Shown here: piece by piece, positions 37,576 to 48,943 of the stretch | Numbering within the stretch: position 1 is the stretch's first letter | Layout of the letters: each line of letters opens with the position of its first letter | From: a virus | Lineage: Duplodnaviria > Caudoviricetes | IMG/VR virus record: IMGVR_UViG_3300042997_002652 | Location: 32,001 to 96,000 of that record | DNA: 64,000 nucleotides | Strand: one strand, 5' to 3' | Notes under the pieces: generated by a model | What the model was told of the DNA's origin: nothing | The model's database searches: none | What the model saw: the letters and a program-made list of their open reading frames with translations, nothing else | Position numbers and translations under genes: made by a program

Positions 37576-38160
37576 TTATATCTGCTCTGATGGTAATGCT
37601 GGTTGATCCATATCTTCTTGTTCAGAATCTTCTATTTTTGACGCATCTTTGTCTAAATCTTCGTTATATGCATCTTCAATATCTGCTAAGTCAATAGTGC
37701 TATCTGCTAAGTCAATAGATCCCTCTTTAATAGAATCCATTAGTGCTAAAGGTATTTCTATTTTTACGAACCAAACTTTTCTTTCTTTCATCTTGGGATA
37801 ATTACCGCCCGGGACCAAGTCTTCATAGTCTCTTACTTCAACTGGAACTTTTATTTCAGATTTAGCAAATTCTACTTTGCATCCAATCTTTAATAATCTT
37901 ACAGCACCTCTGGGATCAGGCATCATTTTGTACGGCCACATGAAAATGCAAGTTGCTGTGTATCTTCCTACATCAGGACCTTGAACTAACTCACCGTTAA
38001 TCCAATTTTTAAATGCATAAACATCAGCATCATCTATAACTCTTTCATAGTCTAACAAAGTGGACATTGTGCCGTCACTAGTGTATATACCTTTTACAGT
38101 ATCTACGATACTAATAAAGTTAATGGTGTCAAAGAATTTATCTGCGGTTTTTGTTTTCAT
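37576..38160 (-). CDS. Conserved phage hypothetical protein (late)
   Basis: Start moved to MKTKTAD, which lies exactly 5 nt after TAAATA; YAFKNWINGELVQGP, MPDPRGAVRL. Confidence 0.7.
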   Translation of the reverse strand: MKTKTADKFFDTINFISIVDTVKGIYTSDGTMSTLLDYERVIDDADVYAFKNWINGELVQGPDVGRYTATCIFMWPYKMMPDPRGAVRLLKIGCKVEFAKSEIKVPVEVRDYEDLVPGGNYPKMKERKVWFVKIEIPLALMDSIKEGSIDLADSTIDLADIEDAYNEDLDKDASKIEDSEQEDMDQPALPSEQI

Positions 38161-38326
38161 ATACTTATTTATCACTTATTATAAAACACAACGGTAAAAA
38201 TACTTAATCGGAACATTCATATATTTATCATAAGCTAACTACTTTTAATAGTACAGTCTTACGCGCATATTACCTACTTAAATATTAATGAAGCATAGCT
38301 TCATGTAAAACAAAAGGAGAACACAC

Positions 38327-39118
38327 TTGAGCAAAAGAAAAACCGGTGCATTACGAAAGAAAGATCCAAGATTCACTAGACAAGAAATGAACTCGTATGA
38401 TGATAGTAAAACATTCTATACTAAAGAATCTAAAACAGTGATAGATTTTAATCAAGCTCAGCAAAAACAAAAACCCCGCAGAAAAATTGAACTTATTCCA
38501 AAAAGCGTAAACCAAGAAAAATATATTTTATCACTTACTGATCCAGAAAAAGATGTAGTTATCTCTTCAGGACCAGCAGGTACAGGTAAAACTTATCTAG
38601 CGGTATTAGCTGCTATACAAGCATTACGAGACGGGGAATGCGAAAAGATAATATTGACGAGGCCGGCGGTATCAGTAGACGATGAAGATCATGGATTCTT
38701 ACCAGGAGACTTAAATCAGAAGATGGAACCATGGGTGCGTCCTTTATATGATGTTCTCAATGAATTTTATAGTGCAACAGAATTAAAGTATATGTTAGAC
38801 GAACATGTGATAGAAATTACACCACTTGGTTTTTGTCGAGGCAGAACTTTTAAAAATAGTTGGATTATTGTGGATGAAAGCCAGAATAGCACACCCGTTC
38901 AACTCAAGATGTTATTAACTAGAATAGGCGAAGGTAGTAAGATTATCATTACAGGCGACATTGAACAAACAGATCGCCAAACATCTCAAAACGGCCTACT
39001 AGATTTAGTAACACGAGTAGAAAAATGTGCAGTGCCTGGAATGACTGTCTGCAAATTTGACACTAAAGATATAAGGAGGCATAAGATTATAGAACATATA
39101 CTTAAGATGTACTCATAA
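38327..39118 (+). CDS. phoH: PhoH-family ATPase (TTG start)
   Basis: GPAGTGKTYLA, IILTRPAV, GFLPGDL, RGRTF, IVDESQN, ITGDIEQTD; AGGAG SD; TAAATA at 38279-38284. Confidence 0.95.
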   Translation: MSKRKTGALRKKDPRFTRQEMNSYDDSKTFYTKESKTVIDFNQAQQKQKPRRKIELIPKSVNQEKYILSLTDPEKDVVISSGPAGTGKTYLAVLAAIQALRDGECEKIILTRPAVSVDDEDHGFLPGDLNQKMEPWVRPLYDVLNEFYSATELKYMLDEHVIEITPLGFCRGRTFKNSWIIVDESQNSTPVQLKMLLTRIGEGSKIIITGDIEQTDRQTSQNGLLDLVTRVEKCAVPGMTVCKFDTKDIRRHKIIEHILKMYS

Positions 39119-39121
39119 AAT

Positions 39122-39146
39122 AAAACGGGGCTTAGCCCCGTTTTTT
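39122..39146. terminator. Bidirectional terminator between convergent genes
   Basis: AAAACGGGGC-TTA-GCCCCGTTTTTT. Confidence 0.85.
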
Positions 39147-39432
39147 ATTTTGTTTTCTTAAGTTTGGATAGTTGATTTTTTGTTATTATCGCTTCTTTTT
39201 CTAACTGATCAATGATATTAGGGTATATTTTTTTATAATAAATATTCATTTTGTCAAAATCAGTATCAACCTTTTTACCTTCAATTACACACTTTTCTAC
39301 TTTTTTGTCCGCATAATCAATAATAACATTAGAAGTATTGATATCGGATTCTTGAAGTCGTTTGGATGTCTTAACCATTTCATCAATTTGACCACCCTTT
39401 CTTCTAAAAAATGATATTAACAAATAACGCAT
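39145..39432 (-). CDS. Conserved phage hypothetical protein
   Basis: 95 aa; MRYLLISFFRRKGGQIDE. Confidence 0.65.
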   Translation of the reverse strand: MRYLLISFFRRKGGQIDEMVKTSKRLQESDINTSNVIIDYADKKVEKCVIEGKKVDTDFDKMNIYYKKIYPNIIDQLEKEAIITKNQLSKLKKTK

Positions 39433-39433
39433 T

Positions 39434-40363
39434 TTAACTCCCTGTTAGCTCAGCAAGTGTAGCTGCTAAACTTATTTCAGGTATACCCACAAGAGGAAGA
39501 CTAGCCAAGCCATTTCTAATAGTGATAATAGACTGATCTTTCTTATCGTTAGTCTTACCCCAAAGATCAAGATTGTTGTACATCCACCGATATGTATTTT
39601 CTACTCTTGTTGGATAAAGAGCAATGTACTGCATTAGTTGCTGTCTACCTTCAAGAATCTTACCTGTTTTAAATAACTGTGCAGCTTGAGTCAATAACTC
39701 TTCTTCACCATTACCTTCAGAATGAGGAGGTTGTAATTTTCCTGTACCTGAGTTAGCTTGTAGCTGATTCAAACACTTGCGCAAATCTGGATAACAGCCG
39801 CGAACATAGCTATCTAAGTCTTCTAGTGTAAAATCTATGTTTTCGGTAACAAGAACCGTTGCTGCTCTAGCAGTAAATTCAGTAATATCAGGTTTTGCAA
39901 TGTGAAACTTAGTACATCTGCTTTCTCTTAGTGCAGGAATAATCTTGTGCTCATAGTTACAAGTAAGAATAAATCTTACTGTATTAGCATAAGCTTCCAT
40001 ATCGTTTCTAAGTGCTGCTTGAAACTCAGGAGAAGTGTAATCAGCTTCGTCTAGCAAGATAACTTTGAATTTACCAAAAGGCATTGTTTCAGCAAAGTTA
40101 TTGATTTTAGTTCTAACAATACCTACGCCGTTATCTCTAGAAGCGTTAATCTCCATTACATCGTATTCTTCTACGCCAAGCTCTTTGATTAGAACTTTTG
40201 CCAGTGTAGTCTTACCGGTGCCTGGATCACCGGATAACAGTAAGTGAGGGATCATTCCATCTTTGATCCATTGATTAACGATTTGTTTTTGTCTTTCATC
40301 AACAAAAACATATTCATTTACAGATTTAGGCCTGTATGCCTCAACCCAAAGTCTATTCTTCAT
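39434..40363 (-). CDS. Clamp loader AAA+ subunit (gp44/RFC-like)
   Basis: LWVEAYRPK, GDPGTGKTT, EINASRDNG, ILLDEAD, FILTCN, DLRKCLN. Confidence 0.92.
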   Translation of the reverse strand: MKNRLWVEAYRPKSVNEYVFVDERQKQIVNQWIKDGMIPHLLLSGDPGTGKTTLAKVLIKELGVEEYDVMEINASRDNGVGIVRTKINNFAETMPFGKFKVILLDEADYTSPEFQAALRNDMEAYANTVRFILTCNYEHKIIPALRESRCTKFHIAKPDITEFTARAATVLVTENIDFTLEDLDSYVRGCYPDLRKCLNQLQANSGTGKLQPPHSEGNGEEELLTQAAQLFKTGKILEGRQQLMQYIALYPTRVENTYRWMYNNLDLWGKTNDKKDQSIITIRNGLASLPLVGIPEISLAATLAELTGS

Positions 40364-40366
40364 TAA

Positions 40367-40672
40367 TTATCTCTTGATTGCTTCGTATGTTACAATGTGT
40401 GCTAGTCTCTCACCCAAATCTTGTTCGGATGTAACTATGTATAAACTGGTTTGACTGTCGTGGTTTTTATCATAACTACGTGTTTCTACTACATGCCCGC
40501 CGTCAGCTTTGTACACAGTAAACCTAGTACCGTTAGAGTCAATAGAATCAACTGACTTAGGCGATAGTGAATTTGCTATTGAAGGTCTATCCCCTCTTGT
40601 TTTTTCGTATTCACGCGCATTTTCCCACGCTTCACGGCACATATTTGCAAACCATTTCTTAAAAAATTTCAT
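40367..40672 (-). CDS. Hypothetical protein
   Basis: 101 aa, TAATG-coupled. Confidence 0.65.
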   Translation of the reverse strand: MKFFKKWFANMCREAWENAREYEKTRGDRPSIANSLSPKSVDSIDSNGTRFTVYKADGGHVVETRSYDKNHDSQTSLYIVTSEQDLGERLAHIVTYEAIKR

Positions 40673-41037
40673 TAGATTCCCTTATCACTCATGTTATAGT
40701 CTTCAACTTTTTCATCGCTTACTAATAGTATATCTTTATTGTCTACTTTGCGAACAATTTGGACACCTTCAGCGTCTTCAATCTTTACACCTCTAGTCCA
40801 TCTTCCGTGTGCGATATAAATCCATTTCCCGACTTCTAAATCTTTTTGATCTGGACCGATCGCATAAACTCTAGCCCAACGAGGTCTGATACCAGAATTT
40901 TTCATATCATCATTTGGAAGAATAAGACCTGCATGACTCAATCTTTCACCAAATTCCATTTGATGAACAACTACAGAATCTTTAAGAGGTAAAAACTCTT
41001 CTACTTGAATAGCATTCGTATTTTTAGCTGTTAACAT
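40672..41037 (-). CDS. Divergent GroES-like co-chaperonin
   Basis: PLKDSVVV...AGLILP...RVYAIGP...LEVG pattern of the GroES fold; start moved to MLTAK. Confidence 0.7.
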   Translation of the reverse strand: MLTAKNTNAIQVEEFLPLKDSVVVHQMEFGERLSHAGLILPNDDMKNSGIRPRWARVYAIGPDQKDLEVGKWIYIAHGRWTRGVKIEDAEGVQIVRKVDNKDILLVSDEKVEDYNMSDKGI

Positions 41038-41044
41038 AATATCC

Positions 41045-41332
41045 TTACTTAATAATTGCCAAAATTTCATCTTCTTGTAGAATGCGGTACTCTTGATCTT
41101 CTACTTTTACTACTTGACCCGCGCCTTGAACGAAAAGAACTTTGTCACCCTCATTAACTCCGGGTACTACAAAAGTGCCATTTTCTAAATAAGTTCCAGG
41201 ACCTACAGCAATTACGATACCTTGATTAGGTTTATCTGCTGCCGCGCCTGCTAAGATAAGACCGCCTGCACTCTTTTTTATTGTTTCAACTTCTTTAACT
41301 ACTATTCTGCCTTGTATTGGTTTAATCTTCAT
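41045..41332 (-). CDS. groES: Co-chaperonin GroES
   Basis: IKPIQGRIVV, SAGGLIL, GIVIAVGPG, GDKVLF, ILQEDEILAI. Confidence 0.92.
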   Translation of the reverse strand: MKIKPIQGRIVVKEVETIKKSAGGLILAGAAADKPNQGIVIAVGPGTYLENGTFVVPGVNEGDKVLFVQGAGQVVKVEDQEYRILQEDEILAIIK

Positions 41333-41667
41333 TTAGTACTTTTCCTTTCTTTTGCTTTAATTTGTTCTATTTCTATATCATCGTCAAGAGATTGTTCTAG
41401 TTCAATTTCATCTGGTGTTAGTTCAGGTGTAGGTTTATTAGCTTTTGGTTGGGGTTTTACTACGTTTGCTGACCTATTACCCACAGTTTTTTGATAATTA
41501 TTACTTACTTTTTTTGTAGCAGGTACTATTACGTTACCTTGAGCATCAATCGTGTCTCCACGAGCATTTACACTCATGTTACCTACGGCTCTTACCTTTT
41601 CATTTTTTGCGGTTAGTGAAGCCATGTCTATCGTCTTTCCCATTGCAGTTCTATACTTTGTCATCAT
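41329..41667 (-). CDS. Conserved phage hypothetical protein
   Basis: YRTAMGKTIDM...AVGNMSVNARGD. Confidence 0.7.
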   Translation of the reverse strand: MMTKYRTAMGKTIDMASLTAKNEKVRAVGNMSVNARGDTIDAQGNVIVPATKKVSNNYQKTVGNRSANVVKPQPKANKPTPELTPDEIELEQSLDDDIEIEQIKAKERKSTK

Positions 41668-41674
41668 TAGTCTC

Positions 41675-42181
41675 CTATTTTAAAAACTCATTAATTGATA
41701 TTTGATAGTATAAACTATTTATCCTATGTATCCCTATTAGATATAAAACAAAACTAGCAATACTACTACCTCTACCTACACCCCATACTATGTTATGTTT
41801 ACGCATAGTGTCTACTAAATATTTTAAGTATTGAAGAAGAATAAACATGTCTCGTTCTTGAAACATAATCAGTTCTTCTCCTGCGCGTTGTAATTCTTCA
41901 TCAGTTTTGCATTGCTCTAAAATCCATTTAGCAATATCAAAATTTTTATATTCTTCAGGCATGAACCATTCGGTTGATCTTATGTTGTCAAATTCTTCAA
42001 TAGTTTGGTCACTGGTTTGATATTCAAGAAGTTCTGGTAGTTTTTGTAAATCTAGTTCTGAATCAAAGTTAATTACTTCTTTTACAAGTAATGATTTTAA
42101 CTGCCGAGTAGGGTCAGTCATGTACAAATTACATATGTCTTTTTCGTTAAAGATGTGCTGACCGAAGTTATCAATAATCAT
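41675..42181 (-). CDS. Stand-alone fragment of DNA Pol III alpha (DnaE) polymerase domain
   Basis: YLKYLVDTMRKHNIVWGVGRGSSIASFVLYLIGIHRIN matches the DnaE GxGRGS...LVxYxLGIT region; only 168 aa. Confidence 0.7.
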   Translation of the reverse strand: MIIDNFGQHIFNEKDICNLYMTDPTRQLKSLLVKEVINFDSELDLQKLPELLEYQTSDQTIEEFDNIRSTEWFMPEEYKNFDIAKWILEQCKTDEELQRAGEELIMFQERDMFILLQYLKYLVDTMRKHNIVWGVGRGSSIASFVLYLIGIHRINSLYYQISINEFLK

Positions 42182-42187
42182 TGATTG

Positions 42188-42216
42188 ATGATATATTAAT
42201 TGTAAGTTTATGTCAA
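42188..42216 (-). promoter_or_regulatory. Sigma70-type promoter, probably leaderless
   Basis: TTGACA-N17-TATCAT-N6-ATG. Confidence 0.7.
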
Positions 42217-42225
42217 TGAAAAAGG

Positions 42226-42465
42226 TTAACTCTTACTACCTTTTTCAATGTTAATTTGAGCGTTAATGTTTTGCTTTTTGATCATTTCGTCCATTCTTTT
42301 ATTATATTCAGTCCGATAACTTTCTATAACCATATGTATTTGACTGATCAATGCTCCATTACCCGATCTGTATGCAAAATTTAATTTACCGTACAAATCG
42401 GATAACGTATTCTGGAGCTCTTCTAAATTTTTATCTGTAAGTGATACTATAAATGGATGTTCCAT
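42226..42465 (-). CDS. Hypothetical protein
   Basis: 79 aa coiled-coil. Confidence 0.65.
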   Translation of the reverse strand: MEHPFIVSLTDKNLEELQNTLSDLYGKLNFAYRSGNGALISQIHMVIESYRTEYNKRMDEMIKKQNINAQINIEKGSKS

Positions 42466-42467
42466 AA

Positions 42468-43763
42468 TTAGAATGGATTCAACGTTGTTCTTCTAAAAAT
42501 ATCTGGTCCGTCGTATACCGTATAATCAATATCAACATTAGAACTAACTGTAGTAATATTAGTATATTCAGGTCCTGCTACACCGTTGTATCTAGTCTTA
42601 CTAATAGTTACATTACTACCTGACACTGAATTAATGTAATATACTGTATCTAGTTCTATGTTAGCAGTATTACCCGAAGCATTACCTGCGAAAATAATAG
42701 GATTATTTACTTCTAAGTTAGCTGTTGATCCACTTACAGTTATGATATTCGGAGAGGTGGTATTAGCTATATTTCTATTGAATGCATTTGCAGAGTAATT
42801 TGCTACAGCAACATACATATACTGTACGGCATTTAACAGCATTGCTGTTCCTGTAGCGTTAGCACCTATAGCAATATTTGATCCGCTTACGGTAGAAGAT
42901 ACAGTAAATCGTGTACTGTTTACTACGTTTCTAATATAATAAGTATTACCTACTACAACGTTTGCTTCTAAACTAGTTCCTGTAAAGGTTACTGATAATC
43001 CTGGATACAGAGTTGTTGTGCTTGACGTTGTAAAATAAGGATCAGTATTTGCACCAGTAACAACTAACTGACTTGTACCGGTATCAATACAAACAGTACC
43101 TACTTTGTCACCTTGTTGGCCGGTACTTGGAGGAGTTCTTTTTATAATTTGAGTAGACTGGTAGGGTCTATTCATAGGTTCTATAGTAATAGTATTACCG
43201 CAATCTAATGTTCTTAGTTTAAATTCTAACTGCTCAACATCGTACGGCGCTGTAATTGTAATTACGTTTGCTATGTTTGCATAGTTTTCTAAAATAGTTC
43301 CACCAAAATTATTATTTGATGCTACTACTTGACTAGGAAATGTTATAACTGCACTACTATTACTAATGCCTAAACGCAAAGTAATAGCACTTTCTGTGTT
43401 AGTGGGAGCCCAAGAACCAAACTGTAATGTTACATTTCCTGCTACATTACCATATTGTACATCTGCTTGTGCTACGTTAACTAAAACAGTGCCTGATAAC
43501 GCATTACCTAAATTATAAGTAGTAGCTCTAAACGATCTAGTAGAAGCATTGCTAATAAGAGTATTAGCCATGTCGTTGTTAATTGTAGAACCATTCAACG
43601 CAGCTTTAAGAACTACTTTATTCTGAAGATCAGTTATTTCTGTTCCGGCAGTATTTAAATTCGTTTTGATAGATGCAAAGTTATCTCTAAAACCTTGAGT
43701 AGAATTATTCTCTCCCGGTATAGGATAGTTTACATTTATTCCATTGGTATTAATTGTGCTCAT
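42468..43763 (-). CDS. Virion structural protein (baseplate/fibre-associated)
   Basis: YPIPGENNSTQGFRDNF N-terminus; Asn/Thr/Gly-rich repeated beta domains; late promoter at 43791-43796. Confidence 0.6.
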   Translation of the reverse strand: MSTINTNGINVNYPIPGENNSTQGFRDNFASIKTNLNTAGTEITDLQNKVVLKAALNGSTINNDMANTLISNASTRSFRATTYNLGNALSGTVLVNVAQADVQYGNVAGNVTLQFGSWAPTNTESAITLRLGISNSSAVITFPSQVVASNNNFGGTILENYANIANVITITAPYDVEQLEFKLRTLDCGNTITIEPMNRPYQSTQIIKRTPPSTGQQGDKVGTVCIDTGTSQLVVTGANTDPYFTTSSTTTLYPGLSVTFTGTSLEANVVVGNTYYIRNVVNSTRFTVSSTVSGSNIAIGANATGTAMLLNAVQYMYVAVANYSANAFNRNIANTTSPNIITVSGSTANLEVNNPIIFAGNASGNTANIELDTVYYINSVSGSNVTISKTRYNGVAGPEYTNITTVSSNVDIDYTVYDGPDIFRRTTLNPF

Positions 43764-43793
43764 TCTTAATTCCTAATTTCATTTATACAGTAT

Positions 43794-46412
43794 TTAGTAC
43801 TGAGTTTCATCGGGTAAAATAGTTTTTCTAGGAAATAGTGTATAAAAATCATTACTATTCACTGGATTTGGTACTGGAGTCGCACTTGGTAATCCAATCC
43901 ACGTAGCCGGACTTAAATTATTATCATAGTTATATGTCAAACTCTTATCTACAGTAAATCTATCTATCTTAAAGTTAATTTCGTTAAGTTGAAATTTATA
44001 ATTTGTTACAGGATCTTGCCAATTATTTTCTATTTGATACTTGATATACTCACCGTAAGTTACAGTTTGACCATTTAATGTTGTTGTTCCTGGCTTACAA
44101 TAAGCAATAACCCAAGCTGGTGTAAATCCTAATGTGCTACCATTCGCTTGTTGTGAAGTCATCCATCTTGGATACAGTCTAAAATTATATTCTTGCCCTA
44201 ATTCTTCCCCCACTTGTTCTCTCATATTAGGTAAACTGTTAGGATATAAAACGGTTGCATATCCGGGAGTTAAACTAGTATAAAAACCGGGCTGACCTGA
44301 TTCAGTTTCTAAAATGAACAAATCCTCAGAGGTAATATATTCATTATTTTGTGTTAGCCAAGACTGTCCCTCAACTGGTGCATTTATGTAACTAGTATAA
44401 ATATCAGTAACACTTGTATACCATGGACCTAAGTTTAAATCTATAAGTCTAGGCCAAACTATTTCTTTACTGACACTAACACCTTCAGGGTTTATCAAGT
44501 TATCAATTACTGAACTATATACAACTTCATATATAACTTCGCCTGCATCATTCTTTGCTACTGCGGTATTTAATTCACCTAATGTAATATTTCTCCAATA
44601 ATGATTTTTAGTAACCGCAGCTACATATGCGTCTAAATCATTAGCATATATTCCATAAGCATGAGCATATATAACACTAGTTGCTTTACCAAAATTTAAA
44701 TCTGTTGGTCTATATAAATAACTGTCAGGTATTAGTGTAGTATCATTCAATAAAGTTCTTAGTAAATTTCTATCTTGTATACTTGGTGTACACTTAATGT
44801 ATAGTGTGTCAGTTGGCTGTGTATATTGCTGCACCACTGATAAAGTAAAAGTTCGTGTAGAGTTAACAACCGTTGAATATAGAGGAGAAAACGCTTCTAT
44901 CTCAAATGTAAAGTCAGTAATAGCGCCTGCTGGTAATAATGTATCTGTAGGTTGATATGCTACTGTACCAGTAATTTCTCCGTTAGACAACAAAACCAAA
45001 TTAGGTGGAAGAGTTCCGCTTACTAATCTGTATTCTAAGTTTACATCTGATTCTGCCACTACACTTAAAACACTAACTGTACTATTTTCTATTTGCCCTA
45101 AATCAGAAGGAGTTATCCAGAATATATCACCTATCAAATTGTTAACTAGTCTATATGAAAAGTTATAAGAAGGAGTAGTGATAGCTGGGTTACCAGCTTT
45201 AGCTACCGCTACACTAAATGAAAATTCACTTATAGAATTATTAGCTATTACGGGATTGCCTGTGATCCAGCCAGTAGCACTATTTGCTGTTAGTCCTGAT
45301 GGTAAGTCTGCAAATGTATAAGTTAATACATTGCTATCAAAGTCATGACCTATTACCTTAAACGAAAATATATTATCACTGGTAATACTACCTATATAAG
45401 CATCTTCTGTAGGAAGATAGGTATTACCTTGTTCGTTTGGTGGTAATACATAGTAACCATAGTAAGGGGTAGATTCATTTATATTAAATGTAGGGGGTCT
45501 AGTGTTGTATATAGTAGGCTCTCTGGAATTCGCAGGTTTAGGTCCACCTTCTGCTTCGGGAGCATTTTGATTCACTACGGTAATGTTATAGGATTCTATG
45601 TCACTGCCTAATAAGCTTTCTAGTTTTACAGTAAATGAATATGTGCGTGTAGTAGGTTGTCCTATTGATATGTTAGGTAGGCTAGCAGTCATGTATCCTA
45701 CGTCATTACTTAATACAACGGTTGATCCTCCAACAATATTTGATATAGTAAAAGAAGATTCATCAAAAGTTTTAATGTAATAAGTTTGCGATGCTACTAT
45801 ACCGCCAAACGGTGTACCTGAAAATATTATAGGTCTTCCTATTCTAAACCCAGTAGTACTTAAACAAGTTATAATATTTGAATTTGTAGAAGTTATAGAT
45901 GTATTTACCGCACCCAAGTTAACATTATTAATTGGTGGCTCAGCATAACCTCGTATCAGTCCGTTAGTGTTTATTTCTAAACCTGGCGGTAGTTGTCCTT
46001 GTATTATTCTGATAGCAACTAAATTGTTACTTAATGGATTACTATATTCAATAGGTAATTGTACCCATGTACTGTCTGGAGTATTTAATATACTACCAGT
46101 AGGGGTAGTAAATTCAGGAGATGCTACTCCTGAAATTATCATAGAAAATGTTCTGTCTCTTATGTTTCCTAAATTGTCTGTAACTCTAACCACAAATGTA
46201 TAAGTCGTATCGCTAATAACTATTATAGGAGTTCCTGATATTAAACCAATATTGGATAAACTCAAACCCTCAGGTAATGATCCGCTTATCAATGTATAAG
46301 TTACGGTTGCAGCAGGTGCTACCGGCTGAGCCAGTAACTGCACAGATAATAATACTAGTGCTGGATATGATCCTATACTGCCTGCAGGTGTAGTCCAATT
46401 TGGTTGAGACAT
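43794..46412 (-). CDS. Baseplate wedge-like protein with putative Ig-like repeats
   Basis: Repeats of Y.L.SG.LP.GL.L...G.I.G.P; located in the structural module. Confidence 0.6.
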   Translation of the reverse strand: MSQPNWTTPAGSIGSYPALVLLSVQLLAQPVAPAATVTYTLISGSLPEGLSLSNIGLISGTPIIVISDTTYTFVVRVTDNLGNIRDRTFSMIISGVASPEFTTPTGSILNTPDSTWVQLPIEYSNPLSNNLVAIRIIQGQLPPGLEINTNGLIRGYAEPPINNVNLGAVNTSITSTNSNIITCLSTTGFRIGRPIIFSGTPFGGIVASQTYYIKTFDESSFTISNIVGGSTVVLSNDVGYMTASLPNISIGQPTTRTYSFTVKLESLLGSDIESYNITVVNQNAPEAEGGPKPANSREPTIYNTRPPTFNINESTPYYGYYVLPPNEQGNTYLPTEDAYIGSITSDNIFSFKVIGHDFDSNVLTYTFADLPSGLTANSATGWITGNPVIANNSISEFSFSVAVAKAGNPAITTPSYNFSYRLVNNLIGDIFWITPSDLGQIENSTVSVLSVVAESDVNLEYRLVSGTLPPNLVLLSNGEITGTVAYQPTDTLLPAGAITDFTFEIEAFSPLYSTVVNSTRTFTLSVVQQYTQPTDTLYIKCTPSIQDRNLLRTLLNDTTLIPDSYLYRPTDLNFGKATSVIYAHAYGIYANDLDAYVAAVTKNHYWRNITLGELNTAVAKNDAGEVIYEVVYSSVIDNLINPEGVSVSKEIVWPRLIDLNLGPWYTSVTDIYTSYINAPVEGQSWLTQNNEYITSEDLFILETESGQPGFYTSLTPGYATVLYPNSLPNMREQVGEELGQEYNFRLYPRWMTSQQANGSTLGFTPAWVIAYCKPGTTTLNGQTVTYGEYIKYQIENNWQDPVTNYKFQLNEINFKIDRFTVDKSLTYNYDNNLSPATWIGLPSATPVPNPVNSNDFYTLFPRKTILPDETQY

Positions 46413-46413
46413 A

Positions 46414-47034
46414 TTATCCTTTTAATGCTTTTAATGCTAACTCGTAGTGATGCTTTCTATCTTCTAACCCGTTTGTTCCACCATTGATTCTTTTTGTTAG
46501 TGTAACAAAATCGTCTTTATCACATAAATCATTTAATTTATTCTTATCCCAAAACCAAGCAGCACTAGCTACAGCACCTTCTGCGGTTTCTAGATAACTA
46601 ACTGCTTCTGTTATTGGCTTTTTTATAGATTCAGCAAACTTAGTATAATTTTCTTTACCAGTTAACTGAATTAAACCGCGACCTCTGTAAGTCCAACCGT
46701 CTCCTGATTTTTCATCACCATTTCCCATTCTGCTTGCGTATACTTTGTTAGCGATTTGTTCTGGCTTTCTTTCATGTACTAATGCGTCTTTTTCTGTTGA
46801 ATAATACTTTTTAAATACTGATTGTAATGCTTTAGCATTATAATTTAAGTTTTCTTTAGTAAAATTAAAACCACCTGACTCGTGTGCAACTTGCGCTAAA
46901 AATGCGGCTGTTCTTTTATGGTTATCTAAAATACCATATTTTTTACACACAGCATTGAGTGGGGCAACGTATGTTTCTAAAACTTCTTTTTTAGTTTTAG
47001 GAGCTATTTGTTGTAGTAAAGATAATGTAATCAT
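46414..47034 (-). CDS. GH19 family endolysin/lysozyme
   Basis: AAFLAQVAHESGGF, YRGRGLIQLTG..NY, TKRINGGTNGLEDR. Confidence 0.9.
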   Translation of the reverse strand: MITLSLLQQIAPKTKKEVLETYVAPLNAVCKKYGILDNHKRTAAFLAQVAHESGGFNFTKENLNYNAKALQSVFKKYYSTEKDALVHERKPEQIANKVYASRMGNGDEKSGDGWTYRGRGLIQLTGKENYTKFAESIKKPITEAVSYLETAEGAVASAAWFWDKNKLNDLCDKDDFVTLTKRINGGTNGLEDRKHHYELALKALKG

Positions 47035-47045
47035 TTATATTTCCT

Positions 47046-48836
<1,791 letters not shown>

Positions 48837-48883
48837 AAGTATATCCTCTATAATATATTACTGTATTTATCATTGTTACAAAC

Positions 48884-48910
48884 AAAAAAATACCCGGCGA
48901 ACCGGGTATT
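48884..48910 (-). terminator. Intrinsic terminator
   Basis: AATACCCGG-TTCG-CCGGGTATT on the minus strand followed by a U-tract. Confidence 0.85.
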
Positions 48911-48943
48911 AAAGAAACGTTCAGTTGAGCATTATTATTATTA

